Shown here piece after piece: positions 9,186 to 18,752 of a stretch of 64,000 nucleotides of DNA. A program made the translations under genes and the position numbers. The notes beneath the pieces are model-generated. The model had not been told where the DNA came from and made no database searches. It saw nothing but the letters and a program-made list of their open reading frames with translations. The DNA lies in NCBI GenBank assembly GCA_040900375.1, contig JBBDZC010000008.1, positions 66,182 through 130,181 on the forward strand, read 5' to 3'. The stretch is from Candidatus Anderseniibacteriota bacterium. GTDB lineage: Bacteria > Patescibacteriota > Andersenbacteria > UBA10190. Every line of letters begins with the position of its first letter. Positions within the stretch are counted from its first letter, which is position 1.

Positions 9186-10502
9186 CTACGTAATTTTACG
9201 CTCGGTGGGCTTAGCGGGATCAACTAAAAAACCTTTGAGATCTCGGCGACCGATAATTGCGTCGTAGTTCATGTGAGAGCGATCGACAATAAAAGCTTGA
9301 GTCTTAATGAGCCGCTCGCGTAGCTTAAGCGTCAATTCAATTACCGGCCGTGTTTGTTCGCCGAGGGCGCCGCGGACGTCTTTATGTTCTAGGATCGAGG
9401 TGTGGAGATTATATTTTTTTGCTAGAGCTTCATCAATAGTCGTGCGGTAGGCACCGGTATCAACTTTCGCTACGATCGCGTGCGCTTGCCCACTGCTGTC
9501 GAAAACTTCGATGGGCTCTTCAATACCGAGGATTGTCCGGCCCGAGATGTCTTCAATCTCTTGTTCAATGTCACTGGCAAATAAGTTCTTGGCGAGCGTT
9601 ACGCCCTTCTCGGGAGTGCTGACTTTCAGGCCTTCCACGCGGCGCAGGCGGGCTTTCAGGGGAGCCATGTTGGCAAACTGAATGCCGAGACCAGGGCGCG
9701 CATTGACTTCTAAAATCATCGGTCCATCATCACGGTCAATGGCGATATCCACGCCCGCGAAGTTAAGCCCGGTGGCCCGCGCGGTGCGTACGGCTAAGAG
9801 GAGAACCTCATTCCAGTGGGGAAGACGAATACCGGATAAGCTCAAGCGCTTCCCGGGCAGGACATCGATAATGCGCCCATGGTGGATGGCCAGCGTGGTC
9901 AGTCCGTGGACGAGATCAATACCCACGCCAATGCCCCCAGAGTGGAGATTAGCCCGGGCACCTGATTCTTCAGAGGGCAAACGCAGCATAGCCATGACGG
10001 GCACGAGGTTGTACACCAGGATGCGAATATCGGGAATGCCGCGGACGCAGTAAGGCTTCAGCTCCGCGTGGTTTTTAATCCGCTGTTCGAAAAAGGCTAC
10101 GTCAGAAATATTACCGAGTGTAAAGCTGCCATCGAGAATATCGAGTACTTGATTTTTAAGCTCGGGAATAAAAACTTCTGTTTTATCAGCTTTGACCCAG
10201 TTGCCTTTTTTATTACGCCCGAAAATTACCGTAATTCCGCCCCCGCCTGATGCGTTATTGGGCTTGAGAACGAAAGAAGAAGGTAGCTTGGTCCAGCGGA
10301 AGCGGCGGAGATCATGGCGTGATGTAATCACCCCGAATAAGCGGGGTGTGGCAATGCCTGCTTTCTGGAGGACTTTTTTTGTGATCAGTTTGTTATTCGC
10401 TGTCCGGGTGGCCGCTGGGGGGTTGACCTTGGTGATGTAATCGAGGGTGCGCGCGTTAAGACCGAGAACGTCTTTAAGATGTTTACCAAGGAAGAGGGCC
10501 AT
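9186..10502 (-). CDS. RimK-type ATP-grasp ligase fused to a C-terminal retropepsin-like aspartic protease domain
   Basis: The ATP-grasp part has SGGGGITV, LEVNARPGL and ATP-grasp N-terminal motifs. The C-terminal 150 aa or so contains VDTGAYRTT, a D-T-G-A aspartic protease signature. Confidence 0.75.
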   Translation of the reverse strand: MALFLGKHLKDVLGLNARTLDYITKVNPPAATRTANNKLITKKVLQKAGIATPRLFGVITSRHDLRRFRWTKLPSSFVLKPNNASGGGGITVIFGRNKKGNWVKADKTEVFIPELKNQVLDILDGSFTLGNISDVAFFEQRIKNHAELKPYCVRGIPDIRILVYNLVPVMAMLRLPSEESGARANLHSGGIGVGIDLVHGLTTLAIHHGRIIDVLPGKRLSLSGIRLPHWNEVLLLAVRTARATGLNFAGVDIAIDRDDGPMILEVNARPGLGIQFANMAPLKARLRRVEGLKVSTPEKGVTLAKNLFASDIEQEIEDISGRTILGIEEPIEVFDSSGQAHAIVAKVDTGAYRTTIDEALAKKYNLHTSILEHKDVRGALGEQTRPVIELTLKLRERLIKTQAFIVDRSHMNYDAIIGRRDLKGFLVDPAKPTERKIT

Positions 10503-10552
10503 AGTAATGTGTCGAAGGTAGCAAATTAGCAGGTATCAGATAGGCTAGGCTG

Positions 10553-12109
10553 TTATTGACCGTAACGGAGCAACTCGCGGAAGCGAATGTATTCGGTGAG
10601 GCGCAGGCCAGTCCAACGACCGAGCAGGATATTAATCGGAATAGCGAGCAACACTATTTCTGGGTACGAGAGCAAAAAGGTTCGCAGGAGCTGCCAGCTA
10701 ACGATGAAGTAGCAAGCAATACTTAGAAAGAGAGTCCAGGCGGTAGTGGTGAGGGCCGTGCGTGCACCCGCTTTAAATTGCACCGCAATAAATTCTTCGG
10801 CGAGGATGGTGAGAATTAAAATGGGGAAGATGGAAAAGGAGAGAGTGGCAGCTCGTTCTGTGACCACGCCGAATCCTAACAGCACCAGAATTGCTAAACT
10901 GGCGTTAGTAAGGACGAGCGCCATCCGGGGCAAGTACAACATCCGGAGTCGCCGCAAAAGAACGCGCGTCAGCGTGCCCGAGAGCAGCACGACGATAAAG
11001 ACGGCTAAGCCGTACTGCAAGCCCATTACCAAGAACGATAGAGTGGTCATGGCGGGCGTGATTAAACCAAAAGCTTTAATCCCAATCACCTGACGAGCAA
11101 AAGAGAGGATGGTGGCAATGACCGGCAACATCAGAATAAGAATAATGTTGTTAATCGGGACGCCACGATTAACAAGAAAGTTGAGGCCGAACGACATAAA
11201 ATTAGTGATGCCTAAGTCGCTGACTGCGCGTTCGCTAAAGGTGCCGAGCAGCCGGTGTTCAATCGGTGATTCAAAGATAATTGTGTGGGCCTGGTCAGCC
11301 GTTGTTGTGCTGTAGAGGAGGCCGAGTGCTTCAGGGCGAGTGAGTAAGACGTAGGCGGGATGGAGTAGTCCGAAGACGGATTGGGCCGTACGGGAGAGCA
11401 CCCCCAGGCGCGTTTCTGAAAGAATGATGATTCCCTTGCTCTCAATCGAGAGGTCAGTGGCGGAGAGGTTGGCGGTTTGTTGCCGTAGATGCTGGGCAAA
11501 CTTTGACAGGACGTTAGGGCCGACGCCGCCGGATGTCCAAGCAACCACGAGGTGAGCTTGCGCTAGCTCATTACGGGCATCGAGGAGTTGTTGTGTGAGT
11601 TCTTCTTCAATTAAAACTTCTGGACCACTGCTGCGGGCTTTGAGCACTAACAATAATAGGCCTTGCTCTGCCGCTTGTTGTTGACTTAACTGCAGTTGGT
11701 CTTCGGAAGCACTGGCATCGGCCAGGAGCACGACTACACGGTCGAAGACACGCACCTCCGTTGTATCTTCGCTTTGTCCCTGGTCAGCGGTAATGGTGAG
11801 TTTGACTTGATAGATGCCTGATTGTTGGTAGGTATGAGTTACCTTATCGCCCGTCGTGCGAATGCCATCGCCAAAGTCCCACAGAACTTCTTGGATTTGT
11901 GTTGCCTCGGGCACTACCGAGAGGGTCGTATCAAAAGTAATTGGTTTATCTACTAGGGTGCTTCGCGCTGAACCAATGACTGCTTGGAGGGGGGGTTGTT
12001 GCTCTGCCTCGTCCTCGGGCGGATTAGCTTGAGCAAAGACTAAGACAGGGAATATGAGTATTCCGGCTATAAAGAGAGCGCAGCTATATTGTAGTCGTTG
12101 AGCGATCAT
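10553..12109 (-). CDS. Secreted PKD-domain protein with a C-terminal 7-TM domain (partner of the ATP-grasp/retropepsin gene)
   Basis: The product has a signal peptide and a PKD motif (WDFGDG…THTYQQSGIYQVKL). The C-terminal 230 aa or so contain about seven hydrophobic helices. Confidence 0.7.
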   Translation of the reverse strand: MIAQRLQYSCALFIAGILIFPVLVFAQANPPEDEAEQQPPLQAVIGSARSTLVDKPITFDTTLSVVPEATQIQEVLWDFGDGIRTTGDKVTHTYQQSGIYQVKLTITADQGQSEDTTEVRVFDRVVVLLADASASEDQLQLSQQQAAEQGLLLLVLKARSSGPEVLIEEELTQQLLDARNELAQAHLVVAWTSGGVGPNVLSKFAQHLRQQTANLSATDLSIESKGIIILSETRLGVLSRTAQSVFGLLHPAYVLLTRPEALGLLYSTTTADQAHTIIFESPIEHRLLGTFSERAVSDLGITNFMSFGLNFLVNRGVPINNIILILMLPVIATILSFARQVIGIKAFGLITPAMTTLSFLVMGLQYGLAVFIVVLLSGTLTRVLLRRLRMLYLPRMALVLTNASLAILVLLGFGVVTERAATLSFSIFPILILTILAEEFIAVQFKAGARTALTTTAWTLFLSIACYFIVSWQLLRTFLLSYPEIVLLAIPINILLGRWTGLRLTEYIRFRELLRYGQ

Positions 12110-12124
12110 GGGGAGATCTTAAAT

Positions 12125-12604
12125 TTAGCGGGCGATTGATAATGATTCTTCGGTTAGGCAGAGTGCGGCCGCGAGCGCGTCGGCGGCATCGTCAGGTTGG
12201 GGGACAGTGGGAAGTTTAAGCCGTCGTGTTACTAACGTCTGAACTTGCTGTTTATCGGCCGCCCCATACCCGGTGAGTCGCGATTTAATTTGGAGAGGCG
12301 TTAAAGTGTGGACGGGAATACGGTGTTGGCGCAGGATATAGAGCAGCACACCACTTGTTTGGGCCGTGATGATAGCCGTCTTGCTATTGGCCCCAAAGAA
12401 GACTGTCTCGACAACAGCATGATCTGGTTTATAGGTTGTTAGTAATGTTGTCAAATCCTGACCAATGGTCCATAACCGATCGGGTGTGGCCTCATGGGAG
12501 GGGGTAGTTAAGCAACCACAGCGTACAAAGGACTGGGCAACGGTGGTGTTAATTACGCCAAACCCCGTGCGGGCAATCCCGGGATCTAAGCCAAGTATCA
12601 CCAT
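12125..12604 (-). CDS. ruvC: Holliday junction resolvase RuvC
   Basis: The 159 aa product begins MVILGLDPGIARTGFGV, an RNase H-like fold with the catalytic Asp. Confidence 0.9.
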   Translation of the reverse strand: MVILGLDPGIARTGFGVINTTVAQSFVRCGCLTTPSHEATPDRLWTIGQDLTTLLTTYKPDHAVVETVFFGANSKTAIITAQTSGVLLYILRQHRIPVHTLTPLQIKSRLTGYGAADKQQVQTLVTRRLKLPTVPQPDDAADALAAALCLTEESLSIAR

Positions 12605-12867
12605 ATCTTAAAGTGTCGTTACCTAAAGAGTGCGAGCTTTCTGGTAGTGTACCTTTCTTTCAGGGTAAGCACCACGACCTTTTAGTGAGTCAGTTTTAAT
12701 AATAGTTAGCATAGACGGCGATTACGTCACTATGTTGTTCGAGGGCGCGCAGTAGCTGATTGACTGCCTGCTTGAGCCGCGAGGGTAATATCTCGTTTTA
12801 CTGTCAGTGGCGGCTTTCTTGTGCTTAATTTGGTGACACTTAGTATGACCTGACATGGCCGGCAGAC

Positions 12868-13617
12868 TTAGGGCGCGCGCAGCGGCCCAAAAATTTCCCG
12901 GACTTCTTGATGACGGGCAGAGACAGTGGTGTTGTGCAGTTGCGCCTTAGCGCCCACGGCTACAACCCCGTCACGCGCTCCGTTAATGCGGCTGTCTATC
13001 AGCTGACAATGATTGGAGGTGGTATACACCCCCACCGAGCCGCGCTGAATCTGCACCGCCTGGGCTGTCACTACACTGTCGGCAAGACAGCTGATTGCCG
13101 GTGAAGCGTCGCTGATATGTACGGCGTCGAGTTGGCCTTCGCTCTGGGCGGTAAATATCAGACCTGACCACGCTTGGTTCTCCGGGTGAACTTCATTGCT
13201 GGCCAGGATTATTGGTTGGGCGCGACTACCGCGCGCTTGGAGTTTACCAGTAATGATTAAGCCAGCAAATTCGTGAAAATATAGTTGGGTTCCGGGCGCG
13301 AGCGTCAACGTCGCGCCGGGAGCGACGTGTGTCTGGCTACTGACTAAGACAGGATTATCGGCGGCGGTGAGAGCTAGGTCTGCCTGGATGACAGGTGGCA
13401 GGTAAGTACCAAGGGCGTGACGAGGGGTGTGGCGGTTAGGCTCTTCTTCTAAGAAAGGAATAGCCAGACGATTTTGCCAGACCTGGGGATGCGCGCGCTC
13501 GAACCAGATGATGCCGGGAATCGAGAGCACGGCGAGTGCTAATAGTAGTGATGTAATAGAGAAGGGGTTTTTAGACATACCATGATAGTTGTCTATAATA
13601 GTATACCGTGCATACAT
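12868..13617 (-). CDS. Hypothetical secreted protein
   Basis: The product has a signal peptide or TM segment (…ITSLLLALAVLSIPGIIWF). The true start is probably an internal Met. I recognise no domain. Confidence 0.4.
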   Translation of the reverse strand: MYARYTIIDNYHGMSKNPFSITSLLLALAVLSIPGIIWFERAHPQVWQNRLAIPFLEEEPNRHTPRHALGTYLPPVIQADLALTAADNPVLVSSQTHVAPGATLTLAPGTQLYFHEFAGLIITGKLQARGSRAQPIILASNEVHPENQAWSGLIFTAQSEGQLDAVHISDASPAISCLADSVVTAQAVQIQRGSVGVYTTSNHCQLIDSRINGARDGVVAVGAKAQLHNTTVSARHQEVREIFGPLRAP

Positions 13618-13779
13618 GCAAAAAATCTTCTACTAATAACTGTAGACATGAGAAGGAAAGTGTCGAGGAACTCTGTCGTGACGAGCACCACAGAAGCCCG
13701 AACTGGGCACAAACCCCACAAAAGCAATGCCTACAGTTATTAATAGAAGAACTCCCTACCTTAGCCTGCCGAGGGGGTA

Positions 13780-14856
13780 GTGTCAACGATGGCAGCGGCA
13801 GGGCGGCGGCAGGGAGTGTATACTAAAACTATGGCTATCGAAGAAGCAAAAATGACAGCCGTGACGCCTATAGCGGCAGACGATGACCGCGCCCTCGATG
13901 CGACGCTGCGGCCCCGCCGTCTCGGGGAGTTTATTGGCCAGGTGCAGCTTAAAAAGTCCTTGAGTATTTTTTTAGCGGCGGCGCGGGAACGCGGGGAGGC
14001 GCTCGAGCATGTGCTCTTGGCCGGCCCCCCAGGGTTGGGGAAGACCAGCTTGGCGCAGATTATTGCCCGTGAACTAGGGACAAATATCCGTGTCACGGCT
14101 GGCCCGGCTTTAACTAAAATTGCCGACCTGGCTGGTATTCTCACTAATTTACAGTCGGGTGATGTTCTCTTTATTGATGAGATGCATCGGCTGCAGCGTT
14201 CCATCGAAGAGGTGCTCTATCCGGCCATGGAAGATTTTGCTTTAGATTTAGTGGTGGGCCAGGGGCCGGGGGCCAAGACGCTGCGACTTGATTTACCGCC
14301 TTTTACGCTGGTGGGCGCAACCACGCGGGTGGGTATGCTCGGCGCGCCGCTCCGTGATCGTTTTGGTATGACGTACCGCTTGTCGTTTTACAGTGAAGAG
14401 GAAATGCAGGCAATTCTCAAACGATCAGCGCAGCTTCTCGGCATTCAAGTGGCGCCAGACGCGCTGCTGGAGATTGCCGGGCGCTGTCGGCGGACGCCGC
14501 GCATTGGCAATCGCTTGCTCAAGCGGGTGCGCGACTACGCCCAGGTTAAAAAGCGCGCCACCATTACTCGTGAGCTGGTTCAGGAGGCCCTCGAGCTCCT
14601 CGAAGTCGACGAGCGCGGGTTAGACATTATTGACCGCCGCGTCCTCCAGGCAATGATCGAGCAGTTTAGCGGCGGGCCGGTGGGGCTGCAAACACTCGCC
14701 GCCGTAACGGCCGAAGAACAACACACGCTAGAAGAGGTTGTTGAGCCTTTTCTGCTGCAGTGCGGCTTCATTCAGCGGACGCCGCGAGGGCGCCTGGTAA
14801 CCCCAGCGGGGTTTGCGCACTTTGATGGCGCTGATCGACCGGGTACGCTGCTGTAG
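13780..14856 (+). CDS. ruvB: Holliday junction branch-migration ATPase RuvB
   Basis: The product contains LRP…GEFIGQ and [11 protein letters not shown] (AAA+). The true start is probably at 13831 or 13852. Confidence 0.9.
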   Translation: MSTMAAAGRRQGVYTKTMAIEEAKMTAVTPIAADDDRALDATLRPRRLGEFIGQVQLKKSLSIFLAAARERGEALEHVLLAGPPGLGKTSLAQIIARELGTNIRVTAGPALTKIADLAGILTNLQSGDVLFIDEMHRLQRSIEEVLYPAMEDFALDLVVGQGPGAKTLRLDLPPFTLVGATTRVGMLGAPLRDRFGMTYRLSFYSEEEMQAILKRSAQLLGIQVAPDALLEIAGRCRRTPRIGNRLLKRVRDYAQVKKRATITRELVQEALELLEVDERGLDIIDRRVLQAMIEQFSGGPVGLQTLAAVTAEEQHTLEEVVEPFLLQCGFIQRTPRGRLVTPAGFAHFDGADRPGTLL

Positions 14857-14871
14857 TTAGTCAATCAATTT

Positions 14872-15387
14872 ATGGGCTCTCGTTACCGGGTACTGACTGT
14901 TGCCAATATTATTACCCTCGGCCGCCTGGGGTTACTGGGCTGGCTTGTTGTTATGGTGGGGCGGGGTGATGTCCTGGGGGCCGCTGCGGTGTTTCTCGTG
15001 GCCTGGGCGCTCGATGCGGTTGATGGCGCCTTTGCCCGTGCCTGGCGGCAGGAGACAAAAGTCGGCTATCTCTTTGATAAAATTGTTGACCGCTTGCTGC
15101 TCGTGGGTGGCGGGTTGCTGTTTATTAGCGAAGGGTTACTGCCGACGATAGCGCTCCTGCTTTTCACTAAAGATGTGGCGGCGGCGCCGGCCGCGCACAT
15201 TCAAATGAGAGCGGGTGATGACAAAGTCGGGAGCGGCTGGGCAGGTAAGGTGAGTACGCTGCTCCAGGGCTTAAGCATTGTCTGGTTACTTCTTGTTGAT
15301 CGGTATGAATTTTCCGTGATCATAGCCGTCGCGCTCTTTGGCGGCATTGTTGGGACACTGCACTTGTACCGTGTGGTATATAAATAA
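14872..15387 (+). CDS. CDP-alcohol phosphatidyltransferase family protein
   Basis: The motif D-G-x2-A-R-x8-G-x3-D-x3-D is present (DAVDGAFARAWRQETKVGYLFDKIVDR). The protein is multi-TM. Confidence 0.75.
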   Translation: MGSRYRVLTVANIITLGRLGLLGWLVVMVGRGDVLGAAAVFLVAWALDAVDGAFARAWRQETKVGYLFDKIVDRLLLVGGGLLFISEGLLPTIALLLFTKDVAAAPAAHIQMRAGDDKVGSGWAGKVSTLLQGLSIVWLLLVDRYEFSVIIAVALFGGIVGTLHLYRVVYK

Positions 15388-15421
15388 TTTTTGATAGTTA
15401 TGTCGGGACGGTATACTTAAG

Positions 15422-15443
15422 TTATCCACATCCCTGTGGATAA
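15422..15443. promoter_or_regulatory. Inverted pair of perfect DnaA-box 9-mers (TTATCCACA tccc TGTGGATAA)
   Basis: Both 9-mers match the consensus exactly and are separated by 4 nt. They lie 70-150 nt upstream of the LTD/PKD surface-protein gene. Confidence 0.45.
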
Positions 15444-15585
15444 TATTTCTGCGCTATTGACCCCATAGTGATATAGTTAGGAGTAGTTAAAAAACAAACA
15501 TTCAAGTATAAATATGTGGCGAGGTAATCGGTTATTGCGAAGATGCCGGTTAGGGAGGCTCACGGTACAACACTGCCCTAGTTTG

Positions 15586-17550
15586 ATGTTTCGATACGGC
15601 CCGAGTGCCGTATTTTTGTTGCTTGTAGTTTTTGCGCCGGCAGTCCGCGCGGCTGGTACTGGCCCCGTCATTATTAATGAGATTATGTGGGATGGAGTTG
15701 AGTATCTTGAGCTCTTTAATATCACGACTGCCGATATTGTTCTGGCGGGGTGGTCACTCCAACGTCAGCAGCCAGGCGGCGTGCCCAAGACAATTGTGAA
15801 TTTTCCCGCTGGTAGTGTCATCAGCGCCCAGGGGTATTACCTCATCGAGAAACAGGAAGCGGCAACACTGGCAGCGGCTGATCTTGTCGTGCCGGGATTG
15901 ACGCTGCTCAACGCTGGCGAACTGGTAACGCTCCTCCAGGCAGAGGGTAGCACTGTTGATGTTGCTAATCAGCTTGGCAGTTGGTTCGCGGGGGAAAACA
16001 ACGACACGGGCACGGCCATGGAGCGGTCTCGCGCTGCCGACGGCACCGTGGCCGATAACTGGCATACCTCTACTGCCAGTGGTGAACGCGGGGGGACACC
16101 GCGGGCGTCTAATAGTATACCGGTAGTCAATACCGCCCCCACGGCTGTTATTACGGCAGCGGCAACTGGCTTCGTTGGAGAATCTTTAAACTTCTCCGCT
16201 GAAGATTCCAGTGATCCTGAAGCCGATGAGCTTACCTATGACTGGTCGTGGGATGATGGTACTACGGATACGGGAGCCACAGTAATGCACGTGTTCAGCC
16301 AGGCAGGAACTTACACTATCCGGCTCACTGTCAGCGATGGAACAGAAGAAGATGAAGCAGTGCAGAATGTTGTGATTACCACCCCGGTCTATCCCGACAC
16401 GATTGTCATTAATGAATTTTTGCCCAATCCGGTAGGCGCTGATACCGCCGGCGAGTTCATCGAGCTTAAAAATATCGGCTCGGCTGCGGTGGTCCTGGCA
16501 GGCTGGCAACTTGACGATGCCGTCGGCGGCAGTTCAACCTTTACCATCGGTGCGGGCACGAGCTTGGGTGCGGGCGCTATTATTTCGTTGGCGCGGACGG
16601 AGACTAACCTGGCGCTCAACAACACCCAGGATACCGTTCGCCTACTTGATCCTGCGGGAGTAGTTAAATCTTCCTTTACTTACACGAGTGCGCCTGAAGG
16701 GCAGTCATATAATCACACAGGAGTAACATATAGTTTGAGTACCACGGTGACACCCGGACAAGAAAATCGCGTGACGGTCCCGGTAGAGAGTGATGATGAA
16801 GAAGAGGCAGAAGAAGCGGAAGATGGTGACAATCCGGCAGTGGCTGGCCGGGTGGCGGGTGCGGCCGTGAAGACGGTCGCGCTTGCGGATGTGCGCGAGG
16901 AAGAGCCCGGTACGTTGGTGCAGACAGAAGGCGTGGTCAGCGCGCCGCCGGGGATCGTGGGTGCTAAGCTCTTGTACTTAGCAGGCTCGGGTATCCAGGT
17001 CTATTTCACAGCCGGTGATGTACTGGCACTCAAGCTGGGCGATCGAGTAAAACTTACGGGGAGCCTTAGCTCCTACCAGGAGGAGACACGACTGAAAGTC
17101 GCCGGGACAGATATTACGAAAGTACATAGTGGGGAGCCACCGCTACCGCATCAGTTCGAAACGGGCGCGATCGATGAAGCGGCGGAGGGATCCCTGGTGA
17201 TTATCCAAGGCCACGTCACCGAAACTAGCGGTGATACCTTTTATGTTGACGATGGCAGTGGCGAAGTCAAAATTTTCATTCCTAAGACAACGAAAATTGA
17301 TAAGCCACCAATGAAACAGGGAATGGCAGTAACAATTACCGGTGTCGTTTCCCAAACGCGATCAGGCTACCGCATCTTGCCGCGTTTTCAAGAAGATATT
17401 CGGCTTGGTTTAGTGGCGGGGCTGACGACCTTTCCCGCTACTGGTCGGATACCGGCGGGTATGTTGGGCTTGGGCGTTGTTATCTTTTACCTGCTGCAAC
17501 AAGCCCAGCGAGCGCGGGAACCGCTCCTGCCGCGAAGCAGGATTGCGTAA
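15586..17550 (+). CDS. Secreted or membrane-anchored protein with two lamin-tail domains and a PKD domain
   Basis: The product has a signal peptide. Two LTD-like segments are present (VIINEIMWDG…ELFN and IVINEFLPNPVGADTAGEFIELKN), plus a PKD motif (WSWDDGTTDTGATVMHVFSQAGTYTIRLTVSDG) and a C-terminal TM anchor. The ORF track start at 15514 lacks a signal peptide. Confidence 0.7.
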   Translation: MFRYGPSAVFLLLVVFAPAVRAAGTGPVIINEIMWDGVEYLELFNITTADIVLAGWSLQRQQPGGVPKTIVNFPAGSVISAQGYYLIEKQEAATLAAADLVVPGLTLLNAGELVTLLQAEGSTVDVANQLGSWFAGENNDTGTAMERSRAADGTVADNWHTSTASGERGGTPRASNSIPVVNTAPTAVITAAATGFVGESLNFSAEDSSDPEADELTYDWSWDDGTTDTGATVMHVFSQAGTYTIRLTVSDGTEEDEAVQNVVITTPVYPDTIVINEFLPNPVGADTAGEFIELKNIGSAAVVLAGWQLDDAVGGSSTFTIGAGTSLGAGAIISLARTETNLALNNTQDTVRLLDPAGVVKSSFTYTSAPEGQSYNHTGVTYSLSTTVTPGQENRVTVPVESDDEEEAEEAEDGDNPAVAGRVAGAAVKTVALADVREEEPGTLVQTEGVVSAPPGIVGAKLLYLAGSGIQVYFTAGDVLALKLGDRVKLTGSLSSYQEETRLKVAGTDITKVHSGEPPLPHQFETGAIDEAAEGSLVIIQGHVTETSGDTFYVDDGSGEVKIFIPKTTKIDKPPMKQGMAVTITGVVSQTRSGYRILPRFQEDIRLGLVAGLTTFPATGRIPAGMLGLGVVIFYLLQQAQRAREPLLPRSRIA

Positions 17551-17611
17551 GCGGCGGCAAGTCCTCTAGCTTCACATTATATCGCGTTCTTCTCTATACT
17601 GACTGCAATCT

Positions 17612-18658
17612 ATGACTGCGGGTAAAAAAACTGCACTAGCGAAGCCACGAGTGGTGGTCTTGGGTGGCGGCAACGGTACCTCGCGCCTATTGCGGGCCTT
17701 GTTGCCGCGTCTTAATCAGGGCGAATTGGAGTCGCTCTACGCCTTGATTCATATGTCTGACGATGGGGGTTCTACGGGCCGGTTGCGGGAACAGTACGGC
17801 GTGGCGGCTATGGGTGATTTAACGCGGTGTCTGATGGCCTTGAGTACTTTTCAGGGAGACATACGTGGTGATGAATTTTTGCGGGCGCTGGAGTATCGCT
17901 TTACCGCCGGAGATTTTACGGGGCATACACTGCGTAATATTTTTTTAACGGCGCTGGCAATGACGAGTGATATTGATACGGCGCTGGCGACTATGGCGCG
18001 TATTTTACAGGTGCCTAAGTACGCCGGGGCGGTGCCAACCACGCTGACAACCTTAACAGCACAAGCAGTGATTACCTTCGATGGGGCGTCTAATCTCCTG
18101 GGGGAAGGTGAGTACTCAATCGCGCACAAGGTTAACATGCAAGCTGACCCGCGCTGGCAGCCCGGCGCGGTTAAAGTTCAATTTGCTGAAGGTGATGTGC
18201 CGCTCAATCCGCGCGCCGCGGAAATTTTGCGCCACGCGACGCACATTATTGTTGCCCCTGGTCATACCTATGGCACCATCTTACCGACTTTGGCTCTGCC
18301 CGCCTTGCAACGCGCAATTACTGACAGCCCGGCGAAAATCTACGTGGTGATGACGCTCTTGACGACACCGCGGCAGACGGTCGGGTGGAGTGGTGAAGAT
18401 TTTGTGCGGGTTTATGAGTCATACTTAGGGCGGGCCGTCACCGCCGTGATTGCTAACCGCGGCGAGGCCCCGGTTAAACTAGTAGCCGGCCAAGAATGGG
18501 TGACGTTCAAAGAACAAGAACATCCCTATCAACTGCTCCAGGCAGCGGTGGTTAATACGCTGACGCCAACGGAGCAGCCAGGTGACCGGGTGCCGCGGGC
18601 TATAGTTGTCCACGACAGTGCCAAAATTGGCACGCTCTTGGCGCAACTTTTGCAGTAA
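17612..18658 (+). CDS. YvcK/CofD-family (UPF0052) gluconeogenesis-factor-like protein
   Basis: The product contains VVLGGGNGTS…MSDDGGSTGRLR, the YvcK/CofD signature. Confidence 0.8.
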   Translation: MTAGKKTALAKPRVVVLGGGNGTSRLLRALLPRLNQGELESLYALIHMSDDGGSTGRLREQYGVAAMGDLTRCLMALSTFQGDIRGDEFLRALEYRFTAGDFTGHTLRNIFLTALAMTSDIDTALATMARILQVPKYAGAVPTTLTTLTAQAVITFDGASNLLGEGEYSIAHKVNMQADPRWQPGAVKVQFAEGDVPLNPRAAEILRHATHIIVAPGHTYGTILPTLALPALQRAITDSPAKIYVVMTLLTTPRQTVGWSGEDFVRVYESYLGRAVTAVIANRGEAPVKLVAGQEWVTFKEQEHPYQLLQAAVVNTLTPTEQPGDRVPRAIVVHDSAKIGTLLAQLLQ

Positions 18659-18752
18659 TTGCAATTCTGTCAGGCGGCTGCAGAAATGAGTATAGTATAG
18701 GGAGGCGCTTACTGACCGGAAGCGTCAGTTAATCCTTCGTGGGGCTGCCACT

